DNA of 41,492 nucleotides from Octopus sinensis (GCF_006345805.1 NW_021835287.1:1-41492), one strand, 5' to 3'. Positions 24,515 to 37,810 are shown, counted from the first letter of the stretch. Numbers and translations: made by a program. The notes: generated by a model from the letters alone, not told the origin.

Positions 24515-25135
24515 ACAGAAGTACGTGGGGGTGCACTGGGAACTCTCTCTAAGATCGTATTTCCAATCATCTGTCCTCCTTCAGAGTCCTGGAAAGGAGA
24601 TACGTGACATCGCTGGCCAGCCATATCTGGCAATTACGAGATGAAGATATTCTATACTCGATCGCATGGAAAATACTTGACAACCAAAGCCCCTGTATCA
24701 ACCGGACGAAAACGGTGTGCGTTTTGCATTGCCGAAAGCACGAGGATCCTTAAAGACTCGCTCGTGCCAGAGGCCATCCTGAACTCCAGGACGGAGGTTT
24801 TCGGACCGTGCTTGTATTTTAGTAAATTTCTGCTGGCCTCTTGGAATCCTCAAGGCGGCCCCACAGCCGGAGACCAATAATCAAGGCCGAATGGAGGCAA
24901 TCGCTTACCTTCGTGGTGCATTGGTGACCGCAAGATGGCAGCGCGGCCGAAGATCGATGGATAATGGCAAAGGGAGATAATTACCTAGGGTTTTCTATTC
25001 TAAAACCAGGCTTTCCCCCCCTCAATACTTTAAAGAGAGTGTGTGGGGGTCTGAAGATACGCCGTAAGGCTAAACCCCTTATGACCGAGAAAACCATGGT
25101 AACCCCCTATATCGGCCTACCCCACTATTATATAC
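24515..25135 (+). mobile_element. Penelope-like element 3' fragment (GIY-YIG endonuclease and 3' region)
   Basis: KYVG.CTGN, DRISNHLSSF, TSLASHIWQLRDEDILYSIAWKIL, CAFCIAE and LNSRTEV..PC, with frameshifts; ends in (TA)n. Confidence 0.85.
25045..25107 (+). ncRNA. Type I hammerhead ribozyme fold (variant)
   Basis: Stem I GGGGGU/ACCCCC; CUGAAGA at 25051-25057; GAAA plus one extra A; helix III AC-CAUG-GU; GUA site; helix II irregular. Confidence 0.7.
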
Positions 25136-25147
25136 ATACTATATATA

Positions 25148-25179
<32 letters not shown>

Positions 25180-25457
25180 TGTATAACAGATCGTGGGTAA
25201 GCCAAAACAATGCGAAGTAAATGCAAAGTAAATCACAAGAAACAAATATATGAGTTAATGTAGACTTACCTTGTATTCATATTTCGGGGTTTATGACCCC
25301 ATTTGCAAGAAATTAATGATGTTGCCGATGTGCGTCTGTGTGAGCATATGTATAGCGGACATACCCACGATCTTTTATACATATATTCTACACAGTGCTT
25401 CATAGTAATTACTCCATTATAACAACACACCACCACACACACACACACACACAACAC

Positions 25458-25515
<58 letters not shown>

Positions 25516-25904
25516 CTATATGTATACATATATATATATACATGTATATATATATGTATACATATATATTTGTATGTATATATATTAAATTAGAGATAAA
25601 ACCACTATTAGGCAAATCAAACAGTGAAAAACATAAACCAATACATAGAAATAAAATTAGTTAATATAATATACAAAATATATGAAATATAAAATTCAAA
25701 ATTTAAATTATTAAAATTTAAAGTTAAAATTTTAAAAAATTATTAAATTATATTATTATTTTTATTTTTATTTTATTATTTTAATTTAATTTAATTTAAT
25801 TTAAAAAAATATAACTATCAAAAAGTATTAAAAAGTATTATATATAATATATATAATGTATATCTATGTATATATAATATATATATATCTATATATATAT
25901 ATAT

Positions 25905-25936
<32 letters not shown>

Positions 25937-26020
25937 TAATATATATATATGTATGTATTTTATATATATAATATATATATATATATATATCTATACATAT
26001 GTTACATTACTCGGTAGTCA

Positions 26021-26084
26021 AGATAAAACTCTGAGTTTTCAGATGCCGAAGTGGAAATCCACAACACCATCTCTTCGGTTATCT
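26021..26084 (-). ncRNA. Hammerhead-like fold, inverted-arm copy
   Basis: Mirror of 26879-26940 with an additional A in the GAAA tract. Confidence 0.55.
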
Positions 26085-26878
26085 GGCTATTTGAAAACGT
26101 TATGAAAAAATATACCGTTAAAATGAAGGGAAATTACTCTGTTATAACTCTGCTTTGCCTGCGTACTTATACATCGCTCGCATTTTTCGTCATAAAAATA
26201 TATAAAATACATAAAAATATATAAAAATATATAAAAATATATAAAATCTTTTTGGGACATAACACAGAAAGCTGTTCTATCCGTTTTCTTTAGGGGACAA
26301 AAAACGTAACAGAAATTTAGTCACATGGGGCATGATCCGAAAAGCTCTGGCCTGACAGAGGGTAATTTCAAGGCCAGGTTCAATAACCACCTTTGAGCTT
26401 TAGGCACTGGAACAAAAGAAAAGCGACACAATTATCCAATCATATTTGGTTCTTTAAGAGATAAAGGTGTCGATTATATAACATACAATGGAAGATTTTG
26501 GCCAGATGTAAGCCCTATACTAACGGCCAGCGGAAGGTGCGGTTTATGCGACATGGAGAGATGGCTTATCTGGAAAAGCAGCTTAGACCCTACCACATGT
26601 CTAAATACAAGGACAGAGCTTTTCGGATCATGCCACATTGACTAAATTTCTGTTACGTTTTTGGTCCCCTAAAGAAAACGGATAGAACATGCTTTCTGTG
26701 ATGTCCCAAGAAGATTTTATATATTTTTATATATTTTTATATATTTTTATGTACGTTTTATATAATTTTTATGACGAAAAATGCGAGCGATGTATAGTAC
26801 GCAGGCAAAGCAGAGTTATAACAGAGTAATTTCCCTTCATTTTTAACGGTATATTTTTTCATAACGTTTCAAATAGCC

Positions 26879-26940
26879 AGATAACCGAAGAGATGGTGTT
26901 GTGGATTCCACTTCGGCATCTGAAACTCAGAGTTTTATCT
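26879..26940 (+). ncRNA. Type I hammerhead-like fold (variant core)
   Basis: Stem I AGAUAA/UUAUCU; CCGAAGA; stem II GAUG/CAUC with inner GUGGA/UCCAC hairpin; extra U before GAAA; helix III ACU-CAG-AGU; GUU site. Confidence 0.6.
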
Positions 26941-27042
26941 TGACTACCGAGTAATGTAACATATTGTATAGATAAATTTCCTCTATTTACATAATATTGA
27001 GGTCTCTTTCTTCTTTCTTTTGTTATCTTACCGTTTTATCAA

Positions 27043-27122
<80 letters not shown>

Positions 27123-27781
27123 CATATTCAATGTTAAGTAAATACTTTCTAGTTCATTGTATTGAGATAAGATAGTTTCAATTAAAAATTTTCTGAAATA
27201 GAAACATGATATGTAGTTAATATTGAGGTGTGAACATGTTACATATTTGTTTTGCTTCACGATCAGCTTTTTCCATCTGATTACATGTGCTCTTGCATAA
27301 CAAGTATGCATCCATCCACCCAGCCATCCACCCAGCCATACACATGCACATATATCCATCCATGCATACATGCATACATACAAACACACATGCATACACA
27401 TATACATGCAAACATACATACGTGCACACGCACACACACACACACACTTGCAAACACGCACACCCGTACATACACACACACACCACATTTACATATCTTA
27501 CTACAATTTACATTTCAAAGTTGATGATTGATTTAGACTTGTTTAAATAAATTTAATTAAAACGGCGAGAAACTAATGTATTTTTTGTTGTTTTTATTCA
27601 ATTACAAATTAAAATTATATTATCAATGATAACAACTCTTTCTAATTTTGGCATTAGGTGACTGATTTTAAGAAAAGGGGACAAGTTGATGATATCGATG
27701 CTAGTATTTTGTTGGTAGTTTACTTTATCGAACATAAAGAGACGAAAGACAAAGTTGACCTCGTTGGTATTTGAATTCAAA

Positions 27782-28001
27782 TAAGGCGGCGAGCTGGCAG
27801 AAACATTAGCACGCCGGGCGAAATGCGTGGCCGTATTTCGTCTGCCGTTACGTTCTGAGTTCAAATTCCACCGAGGTCGACTTTGCCTTTCATCCTTTCG
27901 GGGTCGATAAATTAAGTACCAGTTACGCACTGGGGTCGATGTAATCGACTTAATCCGTTTCTCCCCTCTGTGTTTAGCCCCTTGTGGGTAATAAAGAAAT
28001 A
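27782..28001 (+). mobile_element. SINE family A, full length
   Basis: GGCGGCGAGCTGGCAGAA head, B box, core and tail; degraded minus-strand fragments adjoin at about 27720-27780 and 28010-28190. Confidence 0.92.
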
Positions 28002-28914
28002 TGTATTTGAAACGCAAAGCATTTTGTTCGACGCGCTAAAGACTCCGACAGCTCATCGCTTTAAATAATGATTTCAAATTTTGGCAAAGTTGTACTCGGT
28101 GGAATTTGAAATGAGAATGGAAAGAGCCTGAGAAGACATCACAAAATATTTTCTGACGCTCTAACCATTTTGCCAATGCGTCGTCTTTCAGTAATTGTTA
28201 CTAATAGAGACATAAATCAGACGACTACAATAGTCCGAATTATTATATGATTTATGGTCATCTGACAAATTCTCACTGAGATTTCCGAAAGAAAAAGCTC
28301 TGCGTAAATGCAAAACATCCTTCAGAAAATATCAATTCAAATTCATTGATAATTTTCGTTCTTACTCTAAAGTTGAAAGTTAGGAAGGTGAATGCATTGA
28401 ATTGACAATGTAAATTATAATTTCATTACAGGTGTACATTAGGATCAATATAGCCAGAATTTTTCTGGAAAATGCCAATAAATTTTAAGTCACAAAAAAT
28501 AATTGGTGCATGCGGCACCAGTGCCTGAATAGACACTGAGATTCTATGTATCGTTAACGGGCGATCCGGCTGTTATCGAGCTTCTGGACATCTGTCACTG
28601 AGGAACCTATAGCAAAGTGAAATCATCTAATTCTTGTCTACAATTACTGGTGCTTTACGGGCGCAATTACCACGTGTCCAAATGAAAGATCTTCTGAAGG
28701 TAACTAATGCAGTATTCTGTGTTCTAACACAATCTACCCCATTAAGTTGATCAAAATTACTTTTTGGTATTAATATTGCTTCTGTAGCTGTTAATTATAG
28801 CATATTGTTTATTTGGTGTGTGCCGCGAGAAAATCGTTGTGAGCTATTCTTCAGCGCAGAAAGTTTAATAACTACACTACTAATGGCGGTAGCAGTCATT
28901 TAAGATTTTTCGGA

Positions 28915-29120
28915 TCTTTACCTTTTGACTGACAGATTTAAAAATAAGTTTTTGTAATTAAACACTTTCAAACTTCGTATACTTGTAGAATGTGTCACAT
29001 AAAACATCTTTTATATTTGGCGTTGTTGAGAAAATTCTGTATTTTGGAAGTTACTTTTTGTTAAAGTTGTATTTCGATAATTTCAACCAATTAATGACGT
29101 GTATTCAGCTGAATAAAATT
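28915..29120. mobile_element. Diverged one-ended relative of the 4893-5304 MITE
   Basis: GGATCTTT..TTTGA terminus, then AAACACTTTCAAACTTCGTATACT(T/G)GTAGAATGTGT, GAGAAAATTCT and AATTTCAACCAAT matching the reverse complement of 5100-5270. Confidence 0.7.
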
Positions 29121-29127
29121 ACTGCCG

Positions 29128-30925
29128 TTGTTTGTCAAGAACAACTTCTGGCGGTGTAATGCTGCTGAGAAAGGACACCAATACAGGGACGTTCAAGGAA
29201 ATTTTCGGCCCATAATTCTGCGAAACACAGATTTTAAGATTTTGGTTAAAGTAGTAGGGAAAAGGTTAATGCTTGTCGTCGGTGGTTCGGTTGGAGGAGC
29301 GCAAACGTGCGCAATCTCGAACATGTCTCTCCCCGATAACTTCCACCTATTGCGATACATCGTAGAGAGGGTTTAGACTAAAGCTGGCTTCGGTGGGGCC
29401 CTGATCAATTCGGATCAGTTGAAAGCATCCAATGGGGTCTACCATCGCTACTTAAAGCAACTAGTTTCGGACCCGTTTTCAAAGGGTGGATCGTTGCAAT
29501 GCACAGCGGCACTTGCTCAGTAGTCAAAGTAAACGACCATCTATCGGAACTGATTTTCATCGCACGCTCGGTCCGTCAGGGCTGCCCGCTATCACCTCTT
29601 CTGCACGTGCTAGCTCTTGAGCCATTGCTGCAGAAGTTGGAACAGTTGAGGTGCCTCCCTTTCGAACTGGGACTCAGGAGAGCAGTGTCAGCGTACGCGG
29701 ACCACTCCACCGTCATGGTGTCGGACGCCTCCGAAGTGGAGACGATCGGCTCCATTCTAAAGGAATATGAGTCGATTGCAGGGGCCAAAATCAACATCGA
29801 CGAATCGGTAGGTTATCGACTGGTTATCTGGAGAAGCAAATCAATTGATGAACCAGTTCGGTGTCTGGTGTCTGGTTTGGTTCCGATAAAAACTGGGACG
29901 CGGTGACAAACAGAGTGGCCAGTCTTAACAAGAAATAGGCAGAGAGGAAACTGTTTCCGAAAGGTCGGATAGAGGTGGCGAATACCTATATCGCCTCCAT
30001 CATTATTTATTGCTTGACCGTTGTGCCTTGTCTCAGTTACTGTTTGATCAGGTTAGAGTGTCTCTTGTTTATTTTCTTATGGAAGAGACGCGTTCCACTG
30101 ATCAGGCGCTCTCTGCAAGGAAACATATGCATGCTGTGGCTACTGATGCGCAGACATGAGTTTTGGTTGTGCCACGAGTAACGATTTCTTGACGGTGAAT
30201 GTGTGTGGGCTCCGTTTCTGAGGCATACCTTTCCGCAGTTTGTCTCTTTCACAGAGCTGCCGTCTTCGGTGAAGAAGAGACCGAGAGTGAGCGCCTGGTA
30301 TCTAGAAAGTCGTCAGACCCTCACATTCCACTTGAAGATGGGCAATAAGATGTTCCACTTTAGCAATATATAAAGGATTAATGGCGGAGAGATGCGACCA
30401 CCTTTAATCGGGCAGGCAAGGCAGTTTTCCTTTGCCTGGCCGCTGTGGCGAAGGAGGTTGTCTGGTGGACGAGGCTGAAAGGAATGAGGGCAGAGACATT
30501 ACTCTTTGGTAAAGCCTCTATCGACTTTTTCAAGTTTCACTTGAAAAGAAAAGTGAGGGTAGAGAGGGTGGTGGTGTCCTGAAGTGAATTTTGCGAAAAT
30601 GGCAAAAGTGAATGGCACCGCTCTAAGCATAAACCTGTGAGTAGGAGAAAAGGAATTGGAGAGGACATTTGCCTTTGGTGTTGAAGGAAATCTTCGACGG
30701 TGGAATTCCTCGATTATCCCTGGAGATTCTCCTGTATGAGGAGGACAACATCTCTATCATCCTTTTTTCCTTCTTCTTTTCTTTTACTTTTGTATGTTTA
30801 TTCCCCTTCTTTGTTTTATTGTATACATTTTACTTTTTTAATTAATTTCATTATATGTAAACCCCAACACTTTATGCCTGTCTTTCTATTGATCCCGTCA
30901 TCCTTCACCAAAGCGACAAATAACA
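29128..30925 (+). mobile_element. L1/Tx1-type LINE fragment, degraded RT through 3'UTR
   Basis: NFRPIILRNTDFKIL, QTCAI..DN..LLR, SVRQGCPLSPLL, AYADH (decayed YADD), GAKIN; C-terminal KEVVWWTRLKG; internal deletions. Confidence 0.9.
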
Positions 30926-30934
30926 TAAAAATCA

Positions 30935-31107
30935 TCATCGTCGTCGTCGTCATCACCACCACCACCACCACAACCCCCGCCGCCGCCGCCACACCACACA
31001 CCACCACCACCACCACCACCACCACCACCACCACCGTAACACACCACCACCCCACCACCACCACCACCACCACCACCACCGCCGCCGCCGCCGCCACCAC
31101 CACCACC

Positions 31108-31141
<34 letters not shown>

Positions 31142-31150
31142 TCATATTGC
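30935..31150. repeat. Compound (CAT/CGT/CAC/CGC)n trinucleotide repeat
   Basis: Seen directly; followed by GAT/GAC tracts to about 31380. Confidence 0.9.
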
Positions 31151-31935
31151 AGACGATGACGATGGTGATGATTATTAACGCTGATGACAATCATGATAAA
31201 GAGAAACGCGGCCATAACAGCGTCGTCGGCAATAATAACGTTGGTAATATTGTTTGTCCTGATAATAACAACAGCGATGTTATTGTTGTTGTTATTGTTG
31301 ATGATGATGATGATGACGATGATGACGATGACGACGGCAGCAGCGATGACAACAATTATGATGATGATGATGATGATGATTATAAGTAGCAAATTGCAAT
31401 AAAAAAATTTAATTAAGACTTGATATCTGTAGAATTTCTTCGCTGGATACTAATAGCAGAAGAGAAAAAATGCCGACCAGCCGTCTGCTGTTTGTTACCC
31501 ACTGAGTATAATATTTATACAGTTTAATAAAAATAAATCTTTTACTTTATTTTGTTTCTCCTTTTATATATTACTTCCCAATCAGACCATAACCACCCAA
31601 TCTCTCGATAGCAATTTGTGCTGTGATACTCTTAAAAAAAAGAGTAATGCGTTTATTTATTTCTCTTTCCAAGTGTTGCTGTTGTTGTTGTTGTAGTAGT
31701 AGTTGTTTAGCGCCACGCCAACCATGACCAAAGTGCCTTGCCAGGAAAGATGTTCCAGCTGTGACCATCCTGTCTGTTTAATTTTTTTTGAGAGACAAAA
31801 AGGCATTGAGTTTTAAAAGACCACATTACCAGATGCATTCATTTTAAATAGCGTGATTTCATTGTAATTTCTGGCACGTCGAGGCGTTCAACATGGACGC
31901 AATCAAATGAATGAAACAAGTGAAAGAATAAAAGA

Positions 31936-32465
<530 letters not shown>

Positions 32466-33424
32466 TACCTACTTGTCAAGATGTATAGACAGACTGCCAG
32501 GTAGATCAACAAATCGATAGTTGATAGATAATGATTAATTGATATTTTTCATATTAGAAATCATCTCGTTTTGACTTCTAGTGTTGAAAAGCACAGATTC
32601 ATTAGTAGCAGACGAAGTGTCTAACGGCAGCGGTGAAATTCTTAGATAATGTGATTTTTGCGTATTTGCGCGAAATCTGTTCCAAGTATCTTCTATCAAC
32701 AAATATCGCCTTTGTCGCAAAGAGTTGATGGGTTGTGTAAAATCTAACCATTTAGGACAGAAGCAATATTTATAAAGAAGGACGCGGTTAACAGTCAGTA
32801 GATACTTGATACCGAATTCACTTTACGTTTGCTACACATACTTCTGTACTTTTTATCGCTATACGAGTGTATAAAATGCTTTCTAAAATCGAACGCCGCA
32901 GTATTGTGACTTTCTCACAGCACATCCACGTTAAGTAGGTTATATACATTGCTCTTCGACACTACACTAAAAAAAGGTTTCGTCACCAATAACGAATATG
33001 CATATGTGTATTCACACACAACACACACACAAACACACACACACACACACACACACGTATATATATACACATACATACATACATATATATATATACATAC
33101 ATACGCGTATATATGTACAAAAATCCATGCATGTGTATATATAGACATATATATATATATACATATATATACATACATATATATATGTATATATATATGT
33201 ATATATATATATGTATATATACATATATATTCGTAAGTGTGTCTGTGTATATGTATACACATATGTATATAAGTATATATGTATGAATATACATACATAT
33301 ATACATATACGTATATATGTATATGTATACCCATATATATACATATATATATGTATATATATACATACATGCACACAAACTCACCCTCATATATTTAAAT
33401 ACATACATACATACATACACACAC

Positions 33425-33456
<32 letters not shown>

Positions 33457-33460
33457 GGGG

Positions 33461-33493
<33 letters not shown>

Positions 33494-34162
33494 ATATATA
33501 TGTGTGTGTGTGTATGTATATATATAAGGAAAGCAAACTTGGCAGCATGCTGGGGAGGGAGAGAAGGGGGGAAACGCTGCTGCGTGACAGAGATAGGAAC
33601 TGTCACGATTCAGTCGGTCAACGTTTTCTTTTAAATGATAGTTTTGGTTTTTCTCACGAATATTTGATTCTCTGGAAGTGTGAGCTTTGCTTATAAAGCC
33701 AATGGCTTTTCAATAAATTGCTTCACTCTATTTTACAAACTGTCGAGTGATTTGTTGACAATTAGTTGATATAATTTTTTTAATTCTTTCTTTTTTTTTG
33801 TCTAAAGTTTATTTGTTGTTTCAGGGTTATATACGAAGGTATATGTATATATATATATGCTTCTGTGTGTGCACGCGTGTATATGCTTCTGTATGTCTAT
33901 CATATTTATGTAGTTATGTTTATACATACATACATACATACATACATACATACATACATACATACATACATACATACATACATACTACGTACGTACATAC
34001 ATATATATATATATATATACACCTACATAACATAGAATCACACGCGTGCGCAAACACACACACACAGACTTGCGCACAACACAAACACACTCAAGCACAC
34101 CCACAGATTCATATATGTCTGTATATAAAAGTGTATGTGTGTGTGAAAGGATGTATATATAA

Positions 34163-34227
<65 letters not shown>

Positions 34228-34504
34228 GACTTATATATTTATAAAATATATGAATATACATACATGTGTGTTATACTATCCAAATGCAAACATGTGTATT
34301 CATAAACATGCACGCACACACTCACATATACAAGTGTATACATACGCATACTTTTCATTAGAAGCATTTGTTTTCTAATGAAATATACACTCTACATACA
34401 CATTCAACATTTTTTTTCTTCGTTTGCAAATGGATCAAAAAACGCAGACAACACACACACAAATAAGCATTACACAGGCATACAGACAGACACACATATC
34501 TAAA

Positions 34505-34540
<36 letters not shown>

Positions 34541-34746
34541 TTTAAGTAGACAAATGAATTATCTTATTACGGATAGTTCGAAAGATAACCGATACCTGGG
34601 TAGCAAACTCACAACAGAAAGGGCACGGTTGAAGTTACGACCATAGGGCATAAAATCCGTGCCTTAGTGCGGAAATTTGAAGTTTTATATATTAAGTATA
34701 GGAAAGAATGGAGCTGAACGAATATTTAACAAAATTCCTTTATTTT

Positions 34747-34832
34747 ATTTTCGACATATGTTTCGAAGTTTGCAAAGTCCCTAATTCCGAGTGACTAAGG
34801 AGTCCATTATGCAGCTTTCTCTTCAGGAAAAT
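34747..34832 (-). ncRNA. Type I hammerhead ribozyme with canonical core
   Basis: Stem I AUUUUC/GAAAAU; CUGAAGA (34826-34820); G10.1-C11.1 and extended helix II; GAAA; helix III AC-AUAU-GU; GUC cleavage triplet with predicted cut between 34753 and 34752. Confidence 0.88.
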
Positions 34833-35407
34833 CCAGGAACTTAATTCTCCAACAAAATGTACAACAAGCTTTTCGATGACTGCTCACGAGGAGCCCATAA
34901 AAGTAATGATAAAAAATGTCTTTTTATAGGGGTTGACGCCAGATTGGATGAAAGCAGAAGAGATTGTCCGTTGATATAGTTCAAGGGCAGCATCACGGTA
35001 GTAGAAGGAAGGTAAAGGAAAATTAAAGAGTGTGAATTTATTCTGTATGACTGGTGTATATATTTGATTTATTTTATGAATGAGTGCTCGAATGTATGAG
35101 TGTGTAAAAATTGCCTTAATGTATGTGTGTGTGTGCGTCTTTGAATGCGTGAAAGTGTGTGTGGAATGCAGAGAGAGAGAGAGATAGCAAGAATTAACGG
35201 TCAAGAACTGAAAAGACTGTGTCTGTGTGTTCGAATGTGACAACTTAATAGGGAGAGGGCGGTCACCCTAGCAATGACAAGATACAAGGTTACTGTTGGG
35301 ATTGGTAGTAGTTCTTGGCAACTATGAGAAAGTCTTTTATACTAACAGGGATGAGGTATCACCTTTCAAAGTTTTTTAGGAAATCCAGGGGTTATCTATA
35401 TTAGACT

Positions 35408-36503
35408 TCATTGGTATGAGAAAAAGGTATGATTTTTCCAGTGTGGGCATCTGAACGAACTCTCCACAATCGAGTTTATTAGACGGCCTCGGGCAAACAG
35501 AATATGAAAGAGTTCGGAATTACAAAGGGCACAGATTTTTTTGCCCTTATCAAACGGTAAAGACACCGATAATATTGACCATTCCAGCCTAAAAGTTGAG
35601 TTTGCGTTCTTCAAACGCCAGACTAATTTGCTTAGCCCAGTAGAGTGTTGTTTCTTTTCATCCCTAAACGTGGTAAAATGGTTCGATATTCTAGTGGCTA
35701 ATTTAGATGATGTATCGCCGATATAGAGGAAGACATCGGATCCAGCATATACTCTGCACTGGTAAATGGCGTTTCTAATTTTGGAGTTATTTGATAAGAA
35801 CCTTATTCTATTGGGATTGGTTTCCGATACTAATACAGCGTCCTTATTACTATGATGGTTGTAAAAACTACCGCTGGATTCGATACTATTCACCCCATTA
35901 TCATTACTATTTAAGGCAATATCACCTGCATATTCCCTGTTTATTGGAATGCTGTGATTGATAATGTCCGTAAAACTACTGTTGTTAAAACCGCTGCTAA
36001 TATTATTGTTGAGACTCCCACCGTTATTGACGAGGTCAGTGCTCTTATCCTTATTACTATTACTAACGCCAATGCTGGTATGAAAGCTGCTAATATCTGT
36101 GCTGCTTCTATTATTATTATTATTATTACTATATGTTATGTTGGAATTTAACGGGGCAGAGTCTCTGCTCATGGGTGACAGGGCCTTATTTAGCAGCTTA
36201 TTGTTATGGGAGGCAATTATCTGTGAAAGATTTTTAGTATTTGAGAAAGCTATCCTTACTTTGTGCGAATTTATAGTCGGATTTCTGGGAAATATATCTC
36301 GGATTTCTGGGAAAATTTCTGGCAATGGCTTGGCGAAACTGCAACGGTAGGTTAGATCTGATTTGTTTACCAAAGGGAATCACAAACCAGATATAGTTTT
36401 TCCTGTTCTTGTACTGGCTCGGAGAGTCAACTCTTACATTAAGGGGGGCATCTCTGGGTTGAATAATGGGTTTTGGCCTACGATGGTCTCCCTTGGACCG
36501 CAA
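35408..36503 (-). pseudogene. PLE ORF C-terminal part with GIY-YIG endonuclease (one frameshift)
   Basis: RKNYIWFVIPF, KVRIAFSNTKNLSQIIASHNNKLL, AIYQC..LYIGDT..TRISNH, STGLSKLVWRLK, LEWSIL, CALCNSE and INSIVE...CPH. Confidence 0.88.
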
Positions 36504-36574
36504 ATTATTTATGTTAGTTATATTTGTTAGCTATATACAGTTTTAGACTGAAACGAGTAAAATATATCGATATG

Positions 36575-37810
36575 TATGTATGTATTATGTATGTGTGCAG
36601 ATTTGTATGTATGTTTTATATATGTATTCTCATGCATATAGTTGCATGTCTAGACATGCTCATATGTACTTAAATGATAAACTTCCTGAAAGTTTTACAG
36701 ATTGTTACAGTTCCACTGATGCCTTGGATCTGTAGTATTCGAATCAGATTTCTCCTTTCTTGTTATGAGAAGCCTAATTTCTTAAGATTGGTATTTAGGC
36801 AGTGTGTTACATATTCCACGATCCCAATAATTACAGGTATAAGCCTGAACTTGTAATCTGAATAGAGTAACTGCAGATCTCTCAATAATTCAGCATAGGT
36901 ATTCTCTTTTTCACTGATCTTCAGCTTTATGTTAAAATCCGCTGCGCAGCTGATTTCCACAAATGTACACAGTTTTTCTTTTCAGTCCGAAATTACAATG
37001 TCAGGTCTATTACGTTTGCATTTTATTGAGGTTTTCTCTGGGACATTCCACCAGTACTCCTTTTGTATTATGGGTGGCTATGGTTTCTCCCATATTGTAG
37101 ATTCTTATTTCTTTGTCCTCAGGGTTATTTTTCTGATGGATTTCATTATATAAAATCATGTTTCCTCGGTAGATATACCGTGATGACATTTTCGGACAAC
37201 TGCTTATGATGTGGGTGACAACTTCAGTGTGAACTCCACAAATTCTGCATAGGTTGTCACATTTTACTGCTTTTCTTGCTTCTGTATGCCTTTCGTGCAT
37301 CAGGTACTTTGTTGATATTTCTTGTTCCTGGATTGCAAACGCAAACCCTTCAAAGTGGGAGGTACTAATCCGGCTTTTGGTTTAAGATAAACTGCTTTGA
37401 TTATCGATGTTACTATCATCACGGAGCTTTCTACTAACATATTCATGCGTAGTCTTCTACTGATATAGGCTCATCTTTTCATCTGATGATGCATTGCAGT
37501 AGAGTCGTGCAACTTCTTTGGGCATGTATTTGAGGTCATCAGACAAAGAATGCTACTCAAAGAGCTGCTTTGCAAGTCTCATGATGTCATCAGCCACATT
37601 AATGCAAACTAGATCAAGAGATGCACTTCGACACTTGGTGGTTAGAAGATATTGCCGAATGGATATATATAATACAACATTCAAAGGCATTTTGGATCGA
37701 TGTTAAGCCTCTGCCGTCTTATTTTTGTTTTAGGTAGAGGCGGGCTACGTCACTGTTGATGTGGAAATTATGTGTGCTTGTTAGTATCTACCGGGTTTTC
37801 ACATCAATGT
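36575..37810 (-). mobile_element. R4/Dong-type LINE, 5'-truncated, with (TACA)n-like tail
   Basis: FHINSDVARLYL..GRGL, FEGFAFAIQEQEI, CRICG..E.VTHIISSCP, EISCAAD..KISEKE; 3'UTR nearly identical to the 4020 copy. Confidence 0.9.

Larger units (their letters stand above)
25988..26974 (+). mobile_element. PLE fragment with inverted pseudo-LTR (arms of about 365 bp around a GIY-YIG remnant)
   Basis: 25988-26353 is the reverse complement of 26610-26974 with few differences; the spacer encodes GLTEGNFKARFNNH, TQLSNHIW, WKILARCKPY and RCGLCDME. Confidence 0.9.
34545..36520 (-). mobile_element. Penelope-like element, 5'-truncated (post-RT region, GIY-YIG, 3' region ending in (TA)n)
   Basis: Contains the ORFs 36503-36234 and 36373-35408, a hammerhead at 34747-34832 and abuts (TA)n at about 34510-34535. 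Confidence 0.85.

Noticed and set aside
28598-28635. CTGAGGA ... GAAA motif
   Set aside because: No compatible helix I or III.
34622-34663. 7-bp stem GGCACGG/CCGTGCC suggestive of an HDV-like ribozyme P1
   Set aside because: P3, P1.1 and P2 could not be built on either strand; treated as a simple hairpin.
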